Shown here in pieces: positions 1-12,100 of a stretch of DNA of 64,000 nucleotides. This DNA comes from Mytilus californianus. Taxonomy: Eukaryota. Under the pieces are notes generated by a model, which saw nothing but the letters and a program-made list of their open reading frames with translations, had not been told where the DNA came from and made no database searches. Each line of letters starts with the position of its first letter. Position 1 is the first letter of the stretch. The translations under genes and the position numbers were made by a program. The stretch is taken from positions 32,054,001 through 32,118,000 of the forward strand of contig NW_026262723.1 of the NCBI RefSeq assembly GCF_021869535.1. Direction: 5' to 3'.

Positions 1-155
1 CCTTAACCTAGAACTGTTCTTTAACCCATTCCTCTCTCATATTGACGAGTATCCTATGTCGACACAGAATATAGTTCAGATAAAAATAAACTCAAAATGC
101 AGTGAAAATAAATAATGTTCATTATCAAAAATTTTCATTTAAACTTATATTGCAG

Positions 156-300
156 TTATACGTAGAATGTCTTAAGATGAATTCATTACTTGACATTAAA
201 ATTGTAACTGAATTGCTTACCGATGTATATGGACTATTCTCATTTTAAAGCCAACAGGCAAGCACAATACAAGAAAGAAAAATTATAGAAGCACTAAAAG
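156..300 (+). CDS. RLR exon, Hel2i region: LYVECLKMNSLLDIKIVTELLTDVYGLFSF*SQQASTIQERKIIEALK
   Basis: ttgcag acceptor ends at 155 and gttagc donor starts at 301. The terminal G joins AT of the next exon to give GAT. One internal TAA. Confidence 0.7.
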
Positions 301-887
301 GTTAGCTACACAATTAGATTCTTTTATATATCTGATACAAATTATATTGATTTTTGTCATAATAATCGTATCATATTCTCCATACTGCAAATCGAAAAAA
401 TGTTTGTCGGAATATTTGACATACAAATGGGTTCAAAAAAGTATTGACAAAGATACCAAACTTCAAGGTAAATTCAAAAAGGGGCATTCAATAAAACCTG
501 ATAAAATCCAACGGTCGACTATATCAATCAACAGAACGAATGTTAAACAACTGTCATATTCCTGACTTTGAACATAAAAGAAAATGTTGGATTAAACCTG
601 ATTTATAGCATGCTGGTCCAAATAAAGGTATCTTTGAAAAGGTTTTGGTACACTTTAATGAATTTTTCAATTTTGTTCCTGTCAAAAACGATTTTATCAA
701 GAACTAGTAGTACCCTTTCTTTTTGAATTGAATGTAAATATTAATACTTGAACATTATACAAAATTACATTTCTTTCTGCACATGCTCCAGTTGCAAAGT
801 AATTTTACATTTTTAAAATATTTGCATAATTTATATCCCTATCCTTTTTTTAAACACGATCATTTTAGTAAGTTTGTCATATTGCAG

Positions 888-1112
888 ATGTGACAACACG
901 CCTGCGGGAGATAAGGCACGGCGTTGAAGGTAATCCAGACGTTAATGAAATAATAAATACACTTCAGCAGGAATATGAGTTATTAAAAGAGGATTCAAGA
1001 TTCCTTCTATTTGTTAAAACAAGAGCATGTGAAAAAGATCTAACAAAAAGACTTCTAGAGTGTCTGAAAGCTACCCATTTGACTTGGGGAACAAAATCAA
1101 AGGATAAAGCAG
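888..1112 (+). CDS. RLR exon, Hel2 start (EGNPDVNEII...SRFLLFVKTR...HLTWG)
   Basis: ttgcag acceptor, gcag|gtagct donor, open frame, phase 1/1, motif IV. Confidence 0.88.
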
Positions 1113-1974
1113 GTAGCTGTATTTTTGTGAAATAATGTGCAGGCATATCAGATAACATTTGACTCTAATAACTCTCTGTCATCATGATCATTTTGAGAAA
1201 GAGGTCAATGTAAACTATGTCATAAAATAGTATTCTACTTTTTAAGTTTAGGAGTAATTATTTGTATGAAGTTGTCACTAAAAGATATAGAAACCTTTAA
1301 GTTTTCGATGGTGAGAATAAACAACTGTTCATTGAATAGGAAGAAAAAATACTTGAGACGAACACAATTGCATTTATCTTTACCCTAAGGAGTGTACATT
1401 CCAAAGCATCTGGTTGCTCTTGTTTATAGTCCCACCCATACAAATGTAATAATACTAGCCATGTTATATTCAAAGACCTCGTACACAATGAACTGCTAAG
1501 ACAGTTGCTTGCGAATGATCCGAAACATCGAATTCCGCAACCCATTCGATGGAAATTGGACTCTCTATCAGAATCGATCAATTCTGTTCAGTCATGTTTT
1601 CAAAAGTGTATTTTGTTACGACGTTCTACATCATGTACATGGTCTATGAGCAATAAGTTTCTAACCATTTTAAAAAATCTTAGCTTTTTTTGGTATTCTT
1701 TACCCTATTTCATGATAACCCATTTCTAAGTACAAAATGAAGTAACATACGTACATATAGCCCTCGTATGGTGTTTACATATTCAATTGATGCGTGACGC
1801 ATGTGCATTTTAAAACTACACGGACTTCATTAAGGAGTGTGCTAACACACCCAAAACAAACACATGTTTTTACAGTCTTTGTTCATAAGAAATTGTCTGT
1901 AAATTAACTGAAGGTTTCCTGTTCTTTATTGCGAGTCTGACATATGTTTATCCACACATGATAAACTCTGTAAC

Positions 1975-2410
1975 ATTAAAAAGAAGCGGAAGATACCAAT
2001 TGGACATTACAAATTCATTCTTAAAAGCCTACGAAAAGACCGTTAATTAAAAAGAAAAACAACACATAAAAACTTGAGACTAACCAACATGAACTCCATC
2101 ACAACATAGGGGTGATCTCAGCTGCTTTGGATTGGTAAGCAGATCCTGCTGCAATAGTGTCACACACCTCGTTGCTCATGGTAAGTTCAAATCCTGTGAT
2201 TAGTCCCATTTGGTGATGTCTCAATCGAAGAAAAGATGACGGGTTTGTGGTTACGACAATTTAAACATATCCGTGTTCATCTCTGCTACACTGATATTCA
2301 GTTACGGTCTATCAATCCGTGATGGTATCAGTTTAACTTCCGAAGGGGTGACTTTGAATTTACCATTTGTAACCCTTGATTGAAAAGCTTCGATTTTAGT
2401 TGAAACCTAT
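1975..2410. repeat. Interspersed repeat in RLR intron
   Basis: Shares blocks with about 26055-26250 (ataccaa..., gggtgatctcag/gcgttaactca). Boundaries approximate. Confidence 0.4.
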
Positions 2411-2713
2411 CAAGTAAAACATGATAGAAGACGCAAGCTCCCGAATATCGTATCAACTGGGAAACATATAATTGATATGCAGGCGCTGCTGGAATGGATA
2501 TGACATAGAAATGGAAAGTTCATAATTGGGAACTGAAGGCATCCCCTTCTGTAGTAAAAGGTGTTCTAAACCAACCCTCGATGTCAATTTATAGATGTAT
2601 GATTTTTCAAAAAGATACTTCAGAGAACCCAAAGATGACACATTGTACCCTGCTTATTTATAGTTGTGTTGTTACCTAACAAAGGAGCTCTAAAACTTAT
2701 TGTTTACTTTCAG

Positions 2714-2881
2714 GTTTACATATTGATGAACAACTTGAGGTTATGGGAAGATTTAGAGAAGGAGAACATTTGTGCATCGTTGCAACTTCTGTTGCATGCG
2801 AAGGGCTTGATATTCCACAATGCAATTTGATGATTAGATACAAATTCAGAGTAGATGAAATTAGTAGCTATCAAATGAGAG
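2714..2881 (+). CDS. RLR exon, helicase motifs V-VI
   Basis: tttcag acceptor and G|gtaata donor. Reads GLHIDEQLEVMGRFREGEHLCIVATSVACEGLDIPQCNLMIRYKFRVDEISSYQMR. Confidence 0.92.
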
Positions 2882-3397
2882 GTAATAATGACAATGCTTG
2901 ACAATAAATAGGTAAGCGAGATGTATCAATTAACATGCACCTGATCAAGCTTTTATAATATAAATACATCACTTTTCTATTGAACAGTTACTATGTTATT
3001 AACTGCTCACTTATGTTTCATAAAGGCTTGCGATAAGAAGATTGGACTGTTTCAAGTGGGTTGACCAAGTTTAAGCAATGGGTCGATACCCCTGCTTGTG
3101 CACTGCCAGTCCCTGATTGTATCATTCTTAAATTTTCTGTTGATTAATTTAGAAATTGTTTTACGGTGACCTTAAATCGAGTGTGTTATTCTTTTAAGGT
3201 CAATTTTGGTCAGATAGATTCTTATATGTTAATGTATTCTTGTCATTCTTGGCTTTCAAATATCTTGGTTTGATAGTTACTCATGAAGTTGAATTAAATA
3301 AAGCTCTTCGAAAACACCCCAACCGAATATAAAGTGTTAGTATTATTATTTTCAATGCCATACGTCATAAACATCAATGGTAGATTTTGGTAAAAAG

Positions 3398-3890
3398 AAT
3401 AAAATTGAGAATGGAAATGGGGAATGTGTCAAAGAGACAACAACCCGACCATAGAGCAGACAACAGCCGAAGGCCACCAATGAGTCTTCAATGCAGCGAG
3501 AAACTCCGCACCCGGAGGCGTCCTTCAGCTGGCCCCTAAACAAATATGTATACTAGTTCAGTGATAATGGACGTCATACTAAACTCCAAATAATACTCAA
3601 GAAACTAAAATTAAAAATGATACAAGACTAACAAAGGCCAGAGGCTCCTGACTTCGGACAGGCGCAAAAATGCGGCGGGGTTAAACATGTTTTTTGAGAT
3701 CTCAACCCTCCCCCTATACCTCTAGCCAATTTAGAAAAAACAACCGTACAACAGTACGCACAGTAAAACTCAGTTTAAGAGAAGTTCGAGTCCATTGTCA
3801 GAATAGGAAACAAAAGAAAAAAAACAAAATGACAATAATACATAAATAACAACAGACTACTTATCCCTAGCAGTTACTGACATGCCAGTT
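3398..3890 (-). mobile_element. Abundant interspersed repeat (family A) with constant end ...CCCCATTTCCATTCTCAATTTT; longest copy here
   Basis: The same end recurs at about 11968-12110, 59093-59211 and 63399-63482 with variable other ends. An internal piece lies at about 6770-6835. Confidence 0.7.
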
Positions 3891-4255
3891 CCAGAACAAT
3901 TTTTGGCATCTTAGTATCAAAATTATTTTATCTCGAAGTCCAGTGAAACTCTTGTATGTCTCTTTGGGATCTTTCGCCTCTCTTTAGTTCCTCGTACACT
4001 ATACAACATAGGTCTCCATTAATGAATCAAAAAGGAGTCGTGTAAGTTGCATGTGTTTTCTAATTTATATTATAATATCAGCACTTATCAGTAGGGTATG
4101 ATGTTTTGAGGCCTAACTTAGTGATATTTTGAAATGATGCATTTGATTGAAAATATAGAAATGATCGAAAGTACTTTTTATTGTTTAATATGTCTTTTTG
4201 ATGTATCATAACATGTATAATACATAATATATGTCTATTATTATTTTATTTCTAG

Positions 4256-4854
4256 GACGAATTAGAGATAAAGGGGGAAGAGAGGTAATACTGGCGTCTT
4301 CAGAAGATTTTGAAAGGGAAACAAAAAATATATTAAGGCAATACTACATGAAAAATGCAATTGAACAAGTGATCGACCTTGACCTTACTGCACATATTGC
4401 AATAGCCGAACGAGGGATATATGCTTCCGAAGTTCAGGGACGACTACTCCAACAGCGACAAGCGGACAGTAAAACCACAGGAGCTTTCACAGTTAACTGC
4501 AAGTTCTGCGGAAAACCAGTAACTGATGGTCAATTCATCAGACATATAAAAAGAAAAATATTTATAGTATATGACAAGACAATTTTGACAAGAATAAGAC
4601 GCGAACCTCTTAAAAAGATAACAAAATTTGACACGATAAAGAAAACGGAAAGAGTATTTGGAAATATTTGTGGGCACAGTTGGGGAGTAATACTTGTATA
4701 TCAGCAATGTGACTTTTTAGCAATATCAAAAGATAAGGTCAATTTCTTTGATAAATATTCAAAAGATTTGGTAAAATTTAAGAAATGGCCTGAATTCCCT
4801 TATCGCATTGACGAAGTCTCAGATGAAGAAGTTCAACGTTACTTGTCACAATGA
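4256..4854 (+). CDS. RLR last exon: pincer plus C-terminal RNA-binding domain
   Basis: ttctag acceptor. GRIR completes motif VI, followed by CKFC and ICGHSWG; TGA at 4852-4854. Confidence 0.92.
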
Positions 4855-4941
4855 TGAAAATCACTTCAAAAATAATTCGTAGCGGAAATCATAACTGAAT
4901 TTGACGTATTCTGGTTGTCTATATTGATTTTTGGTCATAGA

Positions 4942-4947
4942 AATAAA
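4942..4947 (+). promoter_or_regulatory. Candidate polyadenylation signal of the RLR gene
   Basis: First AATAAA after the stop, about 90 nt downstream. Confidence 0.4.
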
Positions 4948-5375
4948 ACGTTTTGAACTATAATACATTAGAACATACATTATTATTTTTTTGTAAATGG
5001 TTGTAAAAGTCTAAACAGGTGAATGTTTTTATATATCAAATGTTAATTAGCCTAGTGATAACGTAGTCATTCCTCCCCACGTGACACTACAAAATTTCCA
5101 GGAATCTATTACACTACATGTATGACATGTATGAGTTGAAAAACGATTTATGACACAAATGTAATTTCTTTTTATTTCCATGATAATATAGTTATCAGAA
5201 TCATTTCAATGTATTATAGATATTTTTGAAATCTTAGAATTACAGACATGACAGATGTAATATGTATTTAATGTTTAATGACCATGAAATATTTTAGATC
5301 GTTTTGAAATGATTTTTTTTATATCAGTTTCTTATTTACTGTTCATTGAATTCAATGAAAACGATTTAAACTACA

Positions 5376-5960
5376 GGCTCTAGAGAGCCGGTAACACTCA
5401 CATTGATCGATGGCCATCTTCAACAATGGCCACTATCATACATTATAGACTAGAATATTATTCATGAATAATATGATAATTTTTGTTCAGTTTCTCTCCA
5501 CTGTAATGTTTGCCAAAAAATTGGTAAAATATCCTTATTCATAGGCAATACTTTTGTAAGGAGTTGACTGATGAATTCAGCTAAGTGACTTCTTTTCAGA
5601 TCTTCCTTTGCTGATCATGTTTGCTGCTTGAAATTTCTCTTGAGCTGATATAGTTTTTGCCCAAAATGCACAACTGTGGTAAAATATCTCATTCCTAGGC
5701 AATACTTCCTTGAAGTAGTTGACTGGTGATTTTGGATTTTTGGTCTTATTAACACATCAAGTCTTGCTATTCAAAGTTTCCCTATATTTAAGTATTTTTC
5801 TCAAAGCAATAGGCAAAATTGAAAAAAAGGGATGGTAATAACTCCTTAAGGAGTCGATTGACGAGTTCGGCACTGAAAAAAACCTATTAGTAGATCTTGT
5901 ATTGCTGATAATTTTTAATATTGTAGTTTTTCTCTATCTATTATAGTTCTCATGATAATC
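5376..5960. mobile_element. Helentron-like non-autonomous element between the two genes
   Basis: Terminal hairpin GGCTCT-AG-AGAGCC like that at 35695-35708, plus internal roughly 140-bp repeats (aaaatatc..attc.taggcaatact). Confidence 0.45.
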
Positions 5961-6113
5961 AGAATCATCATTTATTGGAATTTTTTAAATATACTGTATG
6001 AAACACATGCATTTAACTTCAATATATCATCAGATTAATACTAATTTTAATTATTTGTGTAATGTCATTTATTTCCTTATTAATTCAACTAGAAATTACA
6101 TTCACTCGATGAA

Positions 6114-6192
6114 ATGAAATGTATAGATTGCTTTGGATTTGTTTTGCTTGTATTTTGTTATGGAACTATACAGAACAATGTGTATGGAGAAG
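6114..6192 (+). CDS. Exon 1, signal peptide MKCIDCFGFVLLVFCYGTIQNNVYGE
   Basis: ATG at 6114, hydrophobic core, G|gtaaat donor. Phase 1 matches the exon at 9590. Confidence 0.65.
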
Positions 6193-9100
6193 GTAAATGT
6201 TTCCTGTTTAATCAATGTACATTATTATGTAGTGAAAGATTAATAGTTATCTAAAGTGTTTTCAAATATGTTTTTTTAATCATAGTTTCGAACACATTAA
6301 GTCGAAAAAAATGGGTATAGATATAAAGAAAGTTTAGAAATAATCGTTTGCATAACATATCATATACAATGTTGTAAAAAAACATTTTATGATCTTAGTA
6401 TAAATATTTGCTGCAAAACACATATTTGAAATTAATGTTTGGAATACAAACAACCTATTTTTGTTTTTTTCCGTGAAAAAAACGTATCACGAATATGAAG
6501 GTGATTTATTAAAGATGTTTGTTAGAATTAATAAAGGTTCGACTTGACCTTAACAATGATTAATTGTTTGTTGTTTGCTTAACGTCAATTGGCAAGACCT
6601 TAAACATGTATGCTCCTTACACACAACCATGTATAAACCAAATGTGCAAAGAGAGGATAATCCATGAAATAAACCAGATTGTTATATTTTAGATGGAAAC
6701 AATGTATTGTTTTGCATTGTTGTATTAAATCACCAGATAAGAATAAAAGTAGACTTAAGGTATACGTCAATGAGACAACAACGCAACGACAAAAAAAAAT
6801 CCACACCCGGAGTCAGGCTTCAGCTGGCCCCTTTAGCATTAGTAGAAAAAAGAAACTAAAAAACTATAGTATGCCAAATTACTATGTATGTGCCTGTCCC
6901 AAGTCAGGAGCCTAAAGTTTAGTGATTGTCGTTGGTTCATGTAGGTCATATTTGTTTTTCGTAAATGATTTTGTTATAAATTAGGCCGTTAGTTTTCTCG
7001 TTCGACATGTTTCACATTTTTCATGTGGGGGCCTTTTATAGCCGACTATACGGTATGGGTTTATTTCATTGTCGAAGGCCGTGCGGTGGCCCATAATGGC
7101 TTATATCTACGTCATTTGAACCTTGGTGGAAAATTGTCTCAGTGGCAACCATACCACACCTCATTATTTTTATATAGAAGCATAAACAGTCGTTCTTACA
7201 ATTACTTTAATTGGTATATGCATTCCAAAGATTGGCAAAACCTTTTTGTTTTTGGATTTCAATACCCGTTCAACTTTGCAATTGTTTTCAAATTGTTTGA
7301 TTCAAGTGCCACTGGTGAGTTTTCTGTGGATGAAAAACGCTTCTTCCATTCTAAATTATAAGCTTGGTTTCTTCGAGGAGGGTTTATTAATCATCAACGA
7401 TAGTATGTACACGTTATACCAAAATATCTTAAGACATCGAAACTTTCTATGATGTTTTAAGGACTATATTCACTCCGTGATGGCAATTATCATCTTTATA
7501 GAATGACTTATATAAGCCTACATACTGCAATTGAATATATAAAGAAATTCGTTATTCTTTTTAAAGAGAATTTACAGCAATGGTATTTTTATATATAAAA
7601 GAAAGAGCTAAGAGTACTTGTGTTACCCTAAAACCAACTTTGTCATTCCAAAAAAACTTAAACATTTGCTTTAATTCTATCTCATTCGAAGAAATCTAAT
7701 TATCTTTATTGATTAGGTATATGATTTAAGATATAATTCAACAGACAAATAAAGTAAATGATCGGATAAATCGTATAGTATACAACAAAAAGAAACGCAC
7801 TGCTTTCATTGATTTTGTGGAGTAAAATTTCTATGTAAATAACTTATTTAAAACTTATTGAAATGAGTCAAAATTTTGACTCAGTATTTCAAAATGTAAG
7901 TCATAAACAACAATTTCTGTGAATATGAAGAATTAAGATGTTTGACTTCTTTCAAAAAAAACATATGTTCCACCCAAAAACGAAGAATGTTCCCCAATCT
8001 GTAAAATATGACGTCATGTGTATCTTTCCCCCTGAAAACAACGAACTTGACTGTGATGTTCCGTTTCTTAATCGAATTATATTTAATGTTTTCGGGAAGT
8101 ATTTTGAAAGTTCTCGACACTAGAAATCTAATTAGGACGGAGTATGCTTTAATATTATACAGGAAATTCAACAATGGAGTGCATCCTTCCTTTTATAATT
8201 AAGTTATTGACTTTAGGATATCACGCTTATCGGACATAAACTAAAATCAGTTGAAATAATTAAGTTCAATTGTAATTTCTTCGTGAGTGCTATATCTTCT
8301 GTATTTTTACAATTTTAGTTTTCCCTGTGATACACAAGAGTCCAGATATATTCTATAAATTGCGATTCCGTTTGAATCAATATCTATTCTTTCCAGTTTG
8401 ATACATTTGATAAACCCGTACAAAATCTGGAAAATTAAATTTTAAAATTATAAAATTATCAAATGTTAATTCGACCTAGCATTTTACAGCTTAAAAATTT
8501 AAAATATTTTGAGTTGATAAATATCGTCCTTGACAGGGATTTGATACAATCTAATACTTATTAAATGTAGGTATACATTATTTTTTAAACTGTTGCATTC
8601 ACCAGAGACCAAATGATGTAAAAAATAGCATTTATAGGTCAATATACAACCTTCAACAATGAACAAAACCCATACAACATAACAAGCTATAAAAGGTCCC
8701 GACATGACGTGTAAAACTATGAGTTTGACAGTCCCTCTGGTATCTTTCGTCCCTCTTTCAAAGAGAAAACTGACGACTTGAGTAATGTACAATACAATTA
8801 ACGTAAAGCAAACATGATGTAGAGCGACAAACGACAACCACTGAGTTACGGGCTCCTGACTGACTACAAAAATCAGTTGTGAGACTTTACTCATCATATC
8901 TAAACAAAGAACACAACAAAGACCCCAAAACAAACGAAAAGTCTTAAAACATAAAGTACCGATCAGAGAGTACTTGCATTTACTGAAAGCGAGTTCAAAG
9001 CTTATAACAACTAATAAAAAATCATGTATCCAAGATTAAATTATTAATATGTACATATCCAATGGATTTAGCGTAAAGACGTCATAAACGGTCAGCGAAA

Positions 9101-12100
9101 AAACATGATCCCGAGCTTTTTCGGATCGTGTCTAAATTCTCGAGCTCTCAAAACAACATCATCGCAAAAATTACAATGTGATATCTCGTTTGTTAGTAAC
9201 ATTTAAGTTTTCTACAGGCACAGCCAAACTTCCAAACCAAATCATTGTATCTTTGAACATGTTGAAAGAATTAAGTATAGGTTTCAAGTAACTTGTGTTA
9301 TCGAAACCCTTGATTTATTTGTTTAAACACATATTACGTTTAATGAAATCTACTATATCTAAAAGTTATCGTCATAGTGTCAAGCTAACTTTTAATATTT
9401 CTTTAAATTGATGAATTGCTATTTTTAAAGGAAGACATCATTATCACTTTATTTTTTAGACTTGTTTTCAGAATAACATGAATAAATACACCCACTTCTT
9501 TTTTACTAACTTAATTCAACAGAATTAACAATTGTAATGTAACAAAATGATGTAAGTTTCTAAAATTTCAATGTATATTTCTTTTCAAGTTCATGCATTA
9601 TCCAACTGGCAAGAAGCAAACAAAACATGCCAACTTTTAACATTAAACGATGTAACGGATAGAACAGCTGACAAGAAGATTTCACTACAAAAAGGACATG
9701 CTGCCTGGATACAAACAACTGTATTACTGTCAGACTGGGGATCTTTTATAGGTAAGGTACAGTGTTTTGAATGGCATACATATTGTTTGTTCTGATTTAT
9801 GATTATGAAATATGGTTTTTAACTTTTTATTTGAATTGTGTGTCTGTCCGATGGACCGTGCGTTTGTCCGCTTGTCCATTCATTTGTTTGTTCGTTTTTA
9901 TGTCATTTTTTTTTTTATCCGTAACAGCTCTTAAACAGGACTCTGGTAACGCTGTATATGCTTTATCTTGGGGTAATCAATTTATCTGCCCCTTTATTAG
10001 ACATTTAATCATTTTTATCAGATTAAAGTTGGGGTTTCTCATGCAAATCAGCAAATCATAGACTTTGCCATTGCTTTATGTTTGAGCGGGAGTAAGAATT
10101 TCATGAGCTTTGCTCGAAGCACTTCTGAATAAAAATAAGATGTGCTATGATTGCTAATGAGACAACTTTTCACCAGAGACCAAATGTTGTAGCAGTTGGC
10201 AGCTATATCACACCGTTTGGCCTTCATCAATGTTTATTAGTGTTATCTATCATGTGCATTTATTTGTTTATTGTCCACTGACATTCTTTCTCCTACTTCT
10301 TTGACATGTATTACTATTATGAAATACAGCACAATAAGTGTTTACGTAAACAACGGAAAATTGTTTTGAAAATGAAAATAACACGTTATAAATCGTAATC
10401 GTTTGAAGCGCTTTTCTTGCTCGCCCATCATCAGGAACACTGGAAGCAACACAATTGAAAATCAGGGATGTGTAGGAACCGAAACACGCGCATACTTAAA
10501 ATAACTGACCGAATCCATCTTACAATTCATTGAATATTAAAGGAGTCATTGAATAGAAACAGTTGACCATACAGAACATATATTAATTAATTGTGTTGAA
10601 TTGATTTTCAAATTTACTAGTTTTCTTCTTTTTATTTTTGTAATGTCTACAAATGTACGTGTTTTTGTGTTTGTGTGTTATAGATAGTCCCGGAATTGTC
10701 ATATGATGTAATAGTACTTTTTTATTCGATGAACAAATAAGCATGTTTCAGTTTCTGCTAGATAACTGATAAATGTTAATCAAAATAAAACCAACCAATT
10801 TTGCTGACTAGCGTAGACAACTTCGACTTAGGAAAACGCAACTATATTTGTTTGGGGGATAAACATCATAAAATTGATAGTTTTATACAACTTATAACCC
10901 ATCAAGATTTACACTGGATTTTAAGAGTCTAAAATATCTTGACCCGCTGGCTTGATATATACGAGTTGAGTCCACGAGTTAACGAACCTAAATATATATA
11001 TATATATCTACTTGATTCCTGAGCAGTCAGAAAGAAATCGTTTTTTGATCTCCTTTTTAAGTAACCTTGATAACGAACGCACAGAGCCAGAGAAATTTGA
11101 AAATTAACAACAAATAAAAATGATGGAATATAAACCTAAGGCCACACCAAATTAATTTCTAGTTCTTCGGACTCTTTCTTTTGAAAAAGGGTAGCGAGAG
11201 AGCGAATTTTGTATATGTTTTTTTTTTCCAAAATTTGATTTTTGGCAGGCGAAACAATTTTTTACTATCGAGCGCTATTATTTTTGAAATATTTAAAAAA
11301 AAACAAATCTCTGTAAAGAATTTTAAGCGAGCGAGCGATTAGAAATTTACATCGTTTCGGTGGTTGATATTTTATATATCTCATATCCTAGTTCTTATAT
11401 TACCCTACTTTGCTTCTCAATTTGTTCTCTGACAACCAGTTTAATCTTGTCTCAACATTTCCAAGTATAAAATGGTTAACTTGTAGCAAAACTTACAACT
11501 TCTGGTAGTCCGATCAAATAAATATGATCCTACTGAACATGAAAAAGTGCAACAGCTTTGAACAGGCACGCATCCAAGTTTAATGTAAGTTGTAATCGAT
11601 GCATTGTACGCTGTTTCAAATAACAAAAATCAAAGCATAAATGCATGTATAAAGGTTGTATATACAACCATAAATATCCCATATACAACAAGCTGAAAAT
11701 AGGCAAAGGACTGTCATCCAAAAACCGCTCCAATTTATACCATTCAAATGATCCCGTGAGATCCAATATGCTAACTAAACAAAAGGACTATTTCAATACA
11801 TTTCAATACATTCCACTTAGTCATTACATTGCTGTAGAATTTAATGACAATCAAATTTATAAATATGCATGTGGATAATTCTCTGTGTTGAAGGTAATAC
11901 TGTGAATTATTTTTTCACATAAACTTTCTTGCCAAATTCCATGCTTTTAACTAGTATAAATTATTGTTTAGGGCCAGCTGAAGCCCGTCTAAAGGTGCGA
12001 GATTTTCTCGCTGTGTTGAAGACCAATAGGAGGCCTTGGGCTGGTTTCTGCTTATTGGTTGAGTTGTCGTCTCTTTGCCACATTCCCCATTTCCATTCTC

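Larger units (their letters stand above)
156..4854 (+). pseudogene. RIG-I-like receptor (DDX58/IFIH1/DHX58 family), 3' four exons; in-frame stop suggests a pseudogene or null allele. 5' exons lie outside the window
   Basis: Exons 156-300, 888-1112, 2714-2881 and 4256-4854 all have AG/GT ends and matching phases (0/1,1/1,1/1,1/stop). Spliced product has FVKTR (motif IV), ATSVACEGLDIPQCNLMIRY (motif V), QMRGRIR (motif VI, across a splice) and a CKFC...CGHSWG C-terminal domain. TAA at 246-248 is in frame. Confidence 0.88.

Noticed and set aside
9523-9551. Micro-exon with a good branch point and gtaagt donor
   Set aside because: 29 nt, contains an in-frame TAA, and would leave a 38-nt intron.
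11441-11626. Cys-rich minus-strand ORF resembling a defence peptide
   Set aside because: No signal peptide, no usable splice sites, and no recognisable cysteine array.
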